A DNA stretch of 28,783 nucleotides from positions 1-28,783 of the forward strand of contig WAKA01000185.1 in NCBI GenBank assembly GCA_015523565.1, written 5' to 3'. The position numbers and the translations under genes are program-made. Source of the stretch: Candidatus Heimdallarchaeota archaeon (GTDB lineage Archaea > Asgardarchaeota > Heimdallarchaeia > Heimdallarchaeales > Kariarchaeaceae). Shown piece by piece: positions 16,327 to 24,642 of the stretch (position 1 is the stretch's first letter; the number at the start of each line of letters is the position of its first letter). The notes under the pieces are model-generated. The model saw nothing but the letters and a program-made list of their open reading frames with translations, did no database searches and was not told the DNA's origin.

Positions 16327-17271
16327 ATGTCAGACATCAAAGAAAGGCTAAATGAAAAATATCAGAGGGGAGAAATCAGTGAAGAAGAATACAGGCGGTT
16401 GTTGAAAGATCTGGAAAAATTGGGGATGTTGCATGAGGAACAAAATGAAAAAGCGACAGGAGTCTATGAAAAGATAACAGTTAATGGAGCAAGAACCATT
16501 GAAGGAGGGGTTAACAAAAATGGAACACATGTCAATGGGAAATTTAGATCTACAAAGGCATTCACAACAGAACAATTGTATGTAAATGGGAAAGCAGAGT
16601 TTGAAGGGAAATTGGAAGTCAAAAAAAATACAAAAATCAATGGGAAAATAGAGTTGAAAGATGACGGAATTTTTATTGGACCCATCACAATTACAGGGAA
16701 GATTGAAAGTGAGGGAAATCTTGTATTTTCGTCTGGTGGGAAGGTTTCTGGAAAAGTCGAATGCAATGGAGAGATAACAACAGCGGAAGAACTGAAGATT
16801 TCTGGAAAGCTCGAGGCAGAGACATTAGCGTCTACAGGAACAATTGTTACATCTGGACCGATCCACATAAAAAAGGGAATTATTGCGGAGCAATTTATTT
16901 CAATGGAAGGGGGAGGTTCAGCAGAGTACATCAAAGCAAAAAAGGTGGTTATAGGGGAAGAATACAAATATTCAACTGAAAAGAAGAAAAGTCCAGAACA
17001 GGTAGAAAACCTGAAAGATTTAGCAGAGTACCTTACATTTGTCATTTCAAGAGCATTTTCGAGGCACAAGACCCATGAACCGAAAGAATTTGAAATCAGG
17101 TCACACATTGAAGGAGAGGAAATCCAGCTATCACATGTCCATGTCATGGGAGACATTGTGGGGGATCGCATCATATTGGATGAGAACACAAAGGTTGACG
17201 GAGTGGTAAAATATAGGGAAAGTGCAATAATTCCAGAGAACATGGAAGTTGAGACTGTTCAAATATCCTGA
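16327..17271 (+). CDS. Bactofilin-like (polymer-forming cytoskeletal) beta-helix protein with an N-terminal SHOCT-like domain
   Basis: N-terminal LNEKYQRGEISEEEYRRLL; about 17-aa repeats (ITVNG, THVNG, LYVNG, TKING, ITITG, GKVSG, LKISG); C-terminal IEGEEIQL...V.GDIVG..I.L...TKVDG.V.Y. Confidence 0.78.
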   Translation: MSDIKERLNEKYQRGEISEEEYRRLLKDLEKLGMLHEEQNEKATGVYEKITVNGARTIEGGVNKNGTHVNGKFRSTKAFTTEQLYVNGKAEFEGKLEVKKNTKINGKIELKDDGIFIGPITITGKIESEGNLVFSSGGKVSGKVECNGEITTAEELKISGKLEAETLASTGTIVTSGPIHIKKGIIAEQFISMEGGGSAEYIKAKKVVIGEEYKYSTEKKKSPEQVENLKDLAEYLTFVISRAFSRHKTHEPKEFEIRSHIEGEEIQLSHVHVMGDIVGDRIILDENTKVDGVVKYRESAIIPENMEVETVQIS

Positions 17272-18875
17272 TTGATTGGTTTTGATGGAAAGACACCTAA
17301 AAATTTCTGGATAAGAGTATCTCTTGGCACAGGGTCTTTTTCAGGGTAATCCTTTGTGTAGTGAGAGCCTCTGCTCTCTTTTCGAAATAGGGCAGATTCG
17401 ACAATAAGTTCAGCCACTGTCAATAGGTTTCTTAATTCCAAAAGGGGTTGAGTGACCTTATAGTTCCAATAATATTCCTCAATCTCATCATGAATAAGTT
17501 TTAGCCGTTTTTTTGCTCGAAGCAACCTTTTGGATGTTCGTTCGACGCCGACATAGTTCCACATTGCCCTTCTGATTTCATCCCAAGCATGAGTGACAAT
17601 TACCCCCTCATCACTTTCAACGGCATCCCCAGTTTGCCAAGGGGGAAATGAAAGCTCCCCGATACCCTTTTCAAGAAGATCAAAGGCGTATTCCGCAGCC
17701 TTTTCACCCATTACCGCACCTTCAAGCAAAGAGTTACTTGCAAGGCGATTCGCACCATGAAGACCCGTATTTGTGACTTCACCAACGGCCAAAAGATACG
17801 GGATATCTGTTTTTCCGTTTAGGTCTGCGACAATGCCGCCAACGGTATAATGGGCAGCAGGGACAACAGGGATCGGCGTTTTTGTCATGTCAATGCCATA
17901 TTTCATTAATGTTGAATACACCAAGGGGAAACGTTTTTTGATGAAATCTGGATTTTTGAAGGTAATGTCAAGCAAGACATGGTCATCGCCAGACCGTTTC
18001 ATCTCCTTGTCAATTGCAAGTGCAATTTTATCTCTTGGTGCCAATTCAGCCATTTCATGATATCTAGGCATGAAACGTGTTCCAGAAATTGTCTTGAGGA
18101 TGGCGCCTTCACCTCGTAAAGCCTCAGTGATAAGAAAAGATTTTGCGTAGGGATGGTACAGGCAAGTAGGGTGAAATTGGACAAATTCCATATTTCGAAT
18201 GGTTGCACCTGCCCTATAGGCCATGGATATACCATCACCAGAAGCGATATCAGGATTGCTTGTGTATAAGAATGCCTTTCCAGCACCACCAGTTGCAAGA
18301 ACAGTGATTTTTGATTCGAAATTATAGACTTCATTATTTTCAGTATTAAGAACATAAGCTCCAGCAACCTTTCCATCAACAATTGCCAAATCGATAGCCG
18401 TATGGTTTTCAAAAATGTTCACACCATCAAGTTTTTTGATGGTGGCAACTAGAGCCTCTTCAACAGCCTTTCCAGTATAATCACGAACATGTGCAATTCT
18501 TCGATGGTGATGACCCCCTTCCCGTCCCAATTCCAAGTTGCCGTTTTCCCGATCAAATTCAACACCCAGTTCAATCAATTTTTTTATTATGTGAGGGCCA
18601 TATTGAACAACCTCTCGGACAACCTGCAGTTTACATAAACCGTCACCGGCATCCAAAGTATCTTGAATATGTCCTTCAAAATTATCAGAAGGGTCTAAAA
18701 CAGCGGCGATACCACCTTGAGCATAACGTGTGTTGCTTTCATGAATTTGACGTTTGGTAATGATGTTGATTGAATAATCAGAAAGTTCACGCAACCTATA
18801 TGTAAAAATAAGTCCAGAAATTCCAGACCCAATAACTAATACATCAGATCTTATAACTTGGCTAGAGGTAGCCAT
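17259..18875 (-). CDS. nadB: L-aspartate oxidase
   Basis: GSGISG FAD motif, YAQGGIAA, REGGH...RIAH, QFHPT, ITEALRGEG, ELAPRD, PAAHYTVGG, GLHGANRLASNSLLE and ESRGSHY. Confidence 0.96.
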   Translation of the reverse strand: MATSSQVIRSDVLVIGSGISGLIFTYRLRELSDYSINIITKRQIHESNTRYAQGGIAAVLDPSDNFEGHIQDTLDAGDGLCKLQVVREVVQYGPHIIKKLIELGVEFDRENGNLELGREGGHHHRRIAHVRDYTGKAVEEALVATIKKLDGVNIFENHTAIDLAIVDGKVAGAYVLNTENNEVYNFESKITVLATGGAGKAFLYTSNPDIASGDGISMAYRAGATIRNMEFVQFHPTCLYHPYAKSFLITEALRGEGAILKTISGTRFMPRYHEMAELAPRDKIALAIDKEMKRSGDDHVLLDITFKNPDFIKKRFPLVYSTLMKYGIDMTKTPIPVVPAAHYTVGGIVADLNGKTDIPYLLAVGEVTNTGLHGANRLASNSLLEGAVMGEKAAEYAFDLLEKGIGELSFPPWQTGDAVESDEGVIVTHAWDEIRRAMWNYVGVERTSKRLLRAKKRLKLIHDEIEEYYWNYKVTQPLLELRNLLTVAELIVESALFRKESRGSHYTKDYPEKDPVPRDTLIQKFLGVFPSKPINQDI

Positions 18876-18984
18876 AATCTGCCTTATTTAAAAGAAAAGA
18901 AAAGGATTATCCTGAATTTCAAAATAACCAATAAAAAAAGGGATGGAACTTTATGTTAATTAAGATAAAAGCTGGAAAAAGAAT

Positions 18985-19482
18985 GTGAAATTTCAAGATC
19001 TTCCCATTGGGACGATTGATTTGGAAACGGGAGAAGTCCATATAATCAACAATATTGATTTTGGCTGTAAAAGCAGTGGAGATTGTTGCAGAAAGAATGA
19101 AATTCCCGTAACAGAAAAAGAAGTGGAAAGGATAATGGACAAAGGGTGGGAATTGGATCAGTTTTTGGAATCATTAATGCCGGTAGTATTGCCAGGAAAG
19201 ACAGAGGGAACTAGAATAAAGGCGTACATCCTCAAGAAAAAGCCATTTACGCGTGACTGTGTATTTCTGGATGAGGAAAACAGGTGTAAAATCCATGAAT
19301 TCAAGCCATTTGCCTGCCGAATGTATCCCTTCAGTTATAATGTTGCAGGCAAGAACAAAATAGAAGTCAGAGTCCATGCGCAAAATGTCTGTGCAAATGT
19401 AAAATTAGGGGGGACAGACAATCGAAGCAGGAATATTTTGAACGACATATACATGCTTCTAAAGGAGAAGTTTTTATCCTAA
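18985..19482 (+). CDS. YkgJ/UPF0153 (CxxCxxCC) Fe-S or Zn cluster protein
   Basis: CKSSGDCC...CVFLD...CKIHEFKPFACRMYPF...C; GTG start. Confidence 0.85.
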   Translation: MKFQDLPIGTIDLETGEVHIINNIDFGCKSSGDCCRKNEIPVTEKEVERIMDKGWELDQFLESLMPVVLPGKTEGTRIKAYILKKKPFTRDCVFLDEENRCKIHEFKPFACRMYPFSYNVAGKNKIEVRVHAQNVCANVKLGGTDNRSRNILNDIYMLLKEKFLS

Positions 19483-19499
19483 CGGGGAAATGTTGATCA

Positions 19500-20351
19500 A
19501 TGTATTTTGGCGCACACTTTTCAATTCAGGGAGGATATCATATTGCTGCAGAAAAGGCAAATGAGATGGGATGCACAACCCTACAGATTTTCACCCGTTC
19601 ATCAAGGATATGGAAAGCCAAATCAATGAACCCAGATGCGGCAAGCAAGTTCAAGGAGGCAATTCAAAAGTCAGGACTAAAAAAACCAGTTGTTCATTTG
19701 CCCTATTTGCCGAATTTTGCAACGGATGACCCGACAATATATGAGAAGTCAAACCAATCCTTGAAAGAAGAAATTCAGAGATGTGGGTTGCTTGGTATCC
19801 AATTATTGGTTGTCCATGTGGGCTCCCATAAAGGGAAGGGAGTTGCGACAGGAATAAAAAACGTGGTCAAGCATTTGGACAGTGTAAACGATGTTGCTGC
19901 GGAAAACAAGGTGTATATTTGTCTAGAAACTTCGGCAGGAACAAAGAACAGTACTGGGAGCAAGTTTGAGGAGATAGGGAGCATCATTCAAAAAACAAGT
20001 GATGACAAAATGATTGGGGTCTGCTTTGATACTGCACACATCTTTGCTGCGGGATATGACATAAGAACACCAGAAAGTGTTGAAAGGACAATAACAGAGT
20101 TTGAAAATGAGATAGGGTTGAAAAGGCTGAAAGTTGTGCATTGCAATGACAGCAAGTTTGAATTGGGATCTGGAAAGGATAGGCATGAACATATAGGATT
20201 GGGGAATATTGGAGAAAAGGGGTTCAAGGCGTTTTTCAGCAATAGCCGAATTAAAAAACTAGAAGTGCCAGTCATTTTAGAAACGCCAATTGATGAGAAG
20301 GGGACACATGAAACTGATTTTAAAAAATTGAAGGAAATAGTTGGATTCTGA
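19500..20351 (+). CDS. nfo: Endonuclease IV (AP endonuclease 2)
   Basis: GAHFSI.GG, QIFT, HLPYL.N, VVHVGS, LETSAG, CFDTAH, HCNDSK...DRHEHIG and ILETP. Confidence 0.96.
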   Translation: MYFGAHFSIQGGYHIAAEKANEMGCTTLQIFTRSSRIWKAKSMNPDAASKFKEAIQKSGLKKPVVHLPYLPNFATDDPTIYEKSNQSLKEEIQRCGLLGIQLLVVHVGSHKGKGVATGIKNVVKHLDSVNDVAAENKVYICLETSAGTKNSTGSKFEEIGSIIQKTSDDKMIGVCFDTAHIFAAGYDIRTPESVERTITEFENEIGLKRLKVVHCNDSKFELGSGKDRHEHIGLGNIGEKGFKAFFSNSRIKKLEVPVILETPIDEKGTHETDFKKLKEIVGF

Positions 20352-20979
20352 AAGAAGAAGATTTAATCAAGCGAAACAAAATGGAATTGATAGAATGATC
20401 GATGAAAGGGAAGTGCTCAGAGCGGCATTAAAGGACTTAGAATTGGCTGACAAATATGAGGAAATCCTCAGCAGGGAAAAAACGTTGATCAGCCCTTTTT
20501 TTGAGGTCAATGGGTTGGATTTGAGTGGGTTGGAGATTACAAACCTGCCAGAAAACTTTTTTGAAAAGTTCCCCCACCTTTTCTTTTTAAGTCTCAAAAA
20601 CAATAAAATTTCAGAACTCAAAGGCAATCTGTTGCACAAGAACAGAAAGTTGAGAGAGTTGGATCTTTCAAGGAACCAATTGGAGGAACTTCCAGAGAGC
20701 CTAATAAGCAAAGCACATCATTTGCAAATCCTAGACCTTTCCTTTAATAGAATAAAAGAACTCCCAGATGACATTTTCAAGAAATCAAAAAACTTGAAGA
20801 GGCTAAACCTGTCGAATAACATGATGGAAAAATTACCACGGAGCTTTTATGATTTGAAGATACTGTCATTTGTAGATTTGACGGGAAACAGGTTTCCTGA
20901 AGAGATAAACAAGGTCGTAATTGATGAGGAAAGTGTTAAGAGGTTTGTAATTAAGGTCAAAAAGGTGTTAGGTGAATAG
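20341..20979 (+). CDS. Leucine-rich repeat protein
   Basis: About 6 LxxLxLxxNxLxxLP repeats of roughly 24 aa; TTG start overlaps the nfo stop. Confidence 0.88.
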   Translation: MDSERRRFNQAKQNGIDRMIDEREVLRAALKDLELADKYEEILSREKTLISPFFEVNGLDLSGLEITNLPENFFEKFPHLFFLSLKNNKISELKGNLLHKNRKLRELDLSRNQLEELPESLISKAHHLQILDLSFNRIKELPDDIFKKSKNLKRLNLSNNMMEKLPRSFYDLKILSFVDLTGNRFPEEINKVVIDEESVKRFVIKVKKVLGE

Positions 20980-20981
20980 AA

Positions 20982-21998
20982 GTGTCGTTGAAATTTTCAG
21001 AGATGAAATATTCAAATGCTTTGGAGAAACTGGAAGCGATATTGTTTTCACTGTCACCGATCCTGCCCATTATTTTGTGGAGATTCGGAAATTCCCAGAT
21101 TAACTTCATTCCAATTCTCAAGCCAATACTCATTATAGCGGCAATTGTGCTTTTTGGGAGGGACATCTTCAAGAAAAAAGGGGAAACACATTATGTAGGT
21201 ATTTCAGTTGCAATCCATTTAGTGTCGGTAATTGTCATGGTCTTGTATCTGTACGTGAACGCCAAATTATTCAATCTAAGCCTTGTCACAATGCTTCTTT
21301 CATACAATATGTTCGCACCAGAGAAAAATTATGAGGACATGATTCAATATGTCAAGACACATCAAAAGATGAAAGGGTTTCAATCAGCTCTTGTTTTGGA
21401 AGATTTGGGATTTGAGAACCAAATCATATCACCATTGGATATTGCGATCACGAAAAAGAAATTCATAAAATTTTTTGCAGGCGACTTCTATTCAACCAAG
21501 CAAAGTGCAATTTTATCTTTAAACCTGTCCTTCATAATTTTCACCTATCTTAGCATCTTCATACCAACTACATCCGTTTGGGCAAACATGGTGATTTTTG
21601 CATTCGGATTTTCAGGAGCATTTGTATTTGGATTGGGCTTACGAATATTCATTGCGGCAGTATATTACCAAAAAGATTTGCTAAAGGAAATAAAGGGATA
21701 TCTAAGAATTGTAGACAAGCCACATAGAGTGATTCCAATAGTTGTGAAGGGGAGTTATGCAACACTTGCATTGGGTGCATTGTGGATAATAGTTGCATTG
21801 ATTTTACGACCCGTACCAGCCATACCCACAAAATTTGGGATAGAGGTGCTGGGATGGGGGATCATATTATTTTTCCCAATAGTTTTGGCGTTAACATATC
21901 CAATCCAGCCAATATGGCGAAAATTGGTTTGGGCAAATTTAAAAGAGGGGACAGGAAAACAAAAGAAGGGGAAAAAGAAAAATGTGCGTCGAAAATAG
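20982..21998 (+). CDS. Hypothetical multi-pass membrane protein with a lysine-rich C-terminal tail
   Basis: About 8 hydrophobic segments; tail GKQKKGKKKNVRRK; begins 2 nt after the LRR gene stop. Confidence 0.7.
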   Translation: MSLKFSEMKYSNALEKLEAILFSLSPILPIILWRFGNSQINFIPILKPILIIAAIVLFGRDIFKKKGETHYVGISVAIHLVSVIVMVLYLYVNAKLFNLSLVTMLLSYNMFAPEKNYEDMIQYVKTHQKMKGFQSALVLEDLGFENQIISPLDIAITKKKFIKFFAGDFYSTKQSAILSLNLSFIIFTYLSIFIPTTSVWANMVIFAFGFSGAFVFGLGLRIFIAAVYYQKDLLKEIKGYLRIVDKPHRVIPIVVKGSYATLALGALWIIVALILRPVPAIPTKFGIEVLGWGIILFFPIVLALTYPIQPIWRKLVWANLKEGTGKQKKGKKKNVRRK

Positions 21999-22008
21999 GC
22001 TTTTATAA
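21991..22008 (+). promoter_or_regulatory. BRE/TATA promoter of the UbiD-family gene
   Basis: GAAAA...TTTTATAA ending 22 nt before ATG 22031, the spacing expected for a leaderless archaeal transcript. Confidence 0.6.
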
Positions 22009-22030
22009 CGATAGAGAGATATTGGGAACA

Positions 22031-23278
22031 ATGAGAAATTTTCTAGAACAAATTCCACATCATGTCATCAAGGAAGAGGTTTCATGGAAAGGGAGTGCAA
22101 CAGAGCTAATAATAAGGCATAATGAAGAACCAATCGTTTTTGAGAATATAGAGGGTTATGAGACCAGAATGGTCGCAGGAATTGTTTCTTCAAGAGAGTT
22201 ACTTGCAAAATCGATCGGGGTTACACCAAGAGACCTTTCAGACACCGTTGGACGAGCATTTGACAAGCCGTTGCCGCTGGAGGAGACAAATGATGCACCA
22301 TTCCTTGCGACCCATATCAAAAATCCAGACATCGGGAAATACATCCCCATCCCAGAGTTTTTTGGAGGCAAGAGGTATCTAACGGCATCCATTGTGCTTG
22401 CAAAAGACCCAATCACTGGAAGAAGAAATGCATCCATCCATAGAATGATGTATAGGGAGAAAAATGAATTTGCCATCAGACCAGTTGCCCAAAGGCATCT
22501 GCATAGTTTCTATACAACAGCATTAGAGCAAGGAGCAGACCACTTGGACATTGTGATTATTTTGGGGGTTCATCCTGCATTCGAGTTGGGAGCGGCAACA
22601 TCATACCCCGGATTGGATGAATTGGCGTTTGCATCACGTTTAATGGGAGGGGCAAAAGAATACAAAGTCAATGGAATTGGAGTGCCAGTCAATACGGAAA
22701 TAGTCATGGTTGCAAAAATGCTTAGGGATCAAGTTGAGGAGGGGCCGTTTGTCGACTTGACAGGCACACAGGACCATGTAAGGATGCAACCCTTGGTCAA
22801 GATCACAGATCTTTACATGAGAGAACGCCCTCTCTTTAGAACTATCCTTCCTGGCATGAAAGAGCACAAGATATTAATGGGCATACCTCAAGAGCCAAGG
22901 ATGAAAAAGCTGATACAAAACACAGTGCCAACAGTAACAAATGTTGTTATGACAGAAGGAGGAGGCTCTTGGCTTCATGCAGTAGTCCAAGTGAAAAAAC
23001 GAACCGATGGAGATGGAAAAAATGCCATTATTTCGGCATTGGCCGCGCATCCTTCATTGAAAAGAGTAGTAGTTGTTGATGAGGACATTGATCCTACAGA
23101 TCCCGTTGATGTGGAATGGGCCATTGCCACGAGGTTCCAAGCAGATAAAGACATGGTTTTAGTCCCAGGGGCAAAAGGGAGCAGTTTAGACCCATCAGCC
23201 ACAAATTCCATCACCTGCAAATGGGGGATAGATGCAACAAAGCCCTTGGGTGCAAAGGGATTTGACCGTGTGATTTAG
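22031..23278 (+). CDS. UbiD-family prFMN-dependent decarboxylase (candidate anhydromevalonate-phosphate decarboxylase)
   Basis: RNASIHR, EEGPFVDLTG, VVVVDEDID, VEWAIATRFQ, GSSLDPS and GIDATKP. Start moved to ATG 22031 because of the upstream TATA box and to remove the overlap with the preceding gene. Confidence 0.9.
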   Translation: MRNFLEQIPHHVIKEEVSWKGSATELIIRHNEEPIVFENIEGYETRMVAGIVSSRELLAKSIGVTPRDLSDTVGRAFDKPLPLEETNDAPFLATHIKNPDIGKYIPIPEFFGGKRYLTASIVLAKDPITGRRNASIHRMMYREKNEFAIRPVAQRHLHSFYTTALEQGADHLDIVIILGVHPAFELGAATSYPGLDELAFASRLMGGAKEYKVNGIGVPVNTEIVMVAKMLRDQVEEGPFVDLTGTQDHVRMQPLVKITDLYMRERPLFRTILPGMKEHKILMGIPQEPRMKKLIQNTVPTVTNVVMTEGGGSWLHAVVQVKKRTDGDGKNAIISALAAHPSLKRVVVVDEDIDPTDPVDVEWAIATRFQADKDMVLVPGAKGSSLDPSATNSITCKWGIDATKPLGAKGFDRVI

Positions 23279-23283
23279 TTATC

Positions 23284-23297
23284 GGAAGAGTTTTAAG
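23284..23297 (+). promoter_or_regulatory. BRE/TATA promoter of the DtxR-family gene
   Basis: GGAAGAG-TTTTAAG ending 24 nt before ATG 23322. Confidence 0.5.
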
Positions 23298-23321
23298 AAT
23301 TGAGGGGATACAGATCATAAT

Positions 23322-23798
23322 ATGGCAATGCCCAATGAAAAAGAGAGCCTAAAATTTCCAAAGCCACGAGTAAGAGAGTTGACAGAGACTACCGAAAATT
23401 ATTTGAAGAGAATTTTATGGCTAACTGCGGACAAAGAGTATGCAAAGGTTTCAGAAATTGCAGATCTCATGGGGAGAAGCTTGAGTTCGACAACAGAGGC
23501 GATGAGAAGGTTAGAAGAGCAGGGGTTCGTGGTTTATTTGAGACAGGGGAGGATAAAACTGACAGAGAAAGGGAGACAGATTGCAACAAATGTAAATGAT
23601 GCATACCAAGTTCTCGCGGATCTTTTGACGATGTTGGGCATTGATGATGATCTTGCAAATGAGGATGCATGTAGCATGGAACATGCCATTTCCAAGAGAA
23701 CCATAGAAACATTGTCAAAATTTGTAGATTACATCAATTCAGACCCAGTAAACAGAGCCTTGATTGAGAAATTTAGGATGCAGGTTTCTGAGCGATGA
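23322..23798 (+). CDS. DtxR/MntR-family metal-dependent transcriptional regulator (no FeoA domain)
   Basis: TENYLKRI, HTH VSEIADLMGRSLSSTTEAMRRL, LTEKG and EDACSMEHAIS. Confidence 0.92.
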   Translation: MAMPNEKESLKFPKPRVRELTETTENYLKRILWLTADKEYAKVSEIADLMGRSLSSTTEAMRRLEEQGFVVYLRQGRIKLTEKGRQIATNVNDAYQVLADLLTMLGIDDDLANEDACSMEHAISKRTIETLSKFVDYINSDPVNRALIEKFRMQVSER

Positions 23799-24570
23799 AA
23801 TGCAGAGTTGGGTAAGTTGTCGTGTCAGTTTTCTTTTTGAGGGTTTCACGATCATCGATTGAAATTTTTACGGGATTGAAGCCAATATTCTTTAAGATGG
23901 ATTTCAAAGAGTCAGGGGTATGAATGGTTTTCAATGTTGAAGGAGGGGGGGAGGAGTCAAGGGTTCCGGCAGTTCTCCCAATGAAATAGCCATTTGGTTG
24001 GAGTATTTCAAATATTTTTTGAACCAATCCCTGGTTTTCATTTAATGAAAGAAGGTGTAGGACGGAACCAGCATGGCAAGCATAGAAAAATGAATAGAAA
24101 GAATTAAGGGGAACTTTTGCTGAATTGCCATTTTGTACATGAATTAATTGTGAATCCGTTAATGACCCTATAAGAAAATGTAACTTGTTTTCCATTGTTC
24201 GTGAATAATTTGAGTAAAATAGTTCCCTTCCTAAAGAGATAAAACCATCATGAATATCATGTCCATAAAGATTTTCAGGTTTAGCACCTTTTGTGGTCAA
24301 ATATCGCAGATCAGTGCCAAAAGCGCAGCCGATGTCCAGAAACGGTCCTTTCAACGGGAGCATACTGTTCAAAAACGGATTGGAACTGATACGAGGATGC
24401 AAAAATCTGAAAAATTCAATAAATCGATAATGATGAATTTGAAGGGCCTTTTTTTGTATGTGTTGGGCACGTTGTATAACCTGCCCAATATCCATTTTCG
24501 AATATTCGGAAAACAATGAAATTCCAGCATCTGTAAGGGGAAAACCATCCATCAATTGGTAATAAGCCAT
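23773..24570 (-). CDS. Class I SAM-dependent methyltransferase
   Basis: FLDIGCAFG motif I, LYGHD motif II, HAGSVLHLL and LQPNG. Confidence 0.88.
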   Translation of the reverse strand: MAYYQLMDGFPLTDAGISLFSEYSKMDIGQVIQRAQHIQKKALQIHHYRFIEFFRFLHPRISSNPFLNSMLPLKGPFLDIGCAFGTDLRYLTTKGAKPENLYGHDIHDGFISLGRELFYSNYSRTMENKLHFLIGSLTDSQLIHVQNGNSAKVPLNSFYSFFYACHAGSVLHLLSLNENQGLVQKIFEILQPNGYFIGRTAGTLDSSPPPSTLKTIHTPDSLKSILKNIGFNPVKISIDDRETLKKKTDTTTYPTLHFIAQKPAS

Positions 24571-24642
24571 AATGTATTAATTCATTGCTTTTCAAAATAA
24601 ACAGAAAGCAACAGATTTATCAAAACAAAAAACGCATAGTAT

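Noticed and set aside
16464-17243. 259-aa antisense ORF opposite the bactofilin-like gene
   Set aside because: F/S/P-rich mirror of the sense codons; a typical shadow ORF.
21782-22030. 83-aa N-terminal extension of the UbiD ORF in the track
   Set aside because: It overlaps the upstream membrane-protein gene, has no UbiD similarity, and a TATA box precedes ATG 22031.
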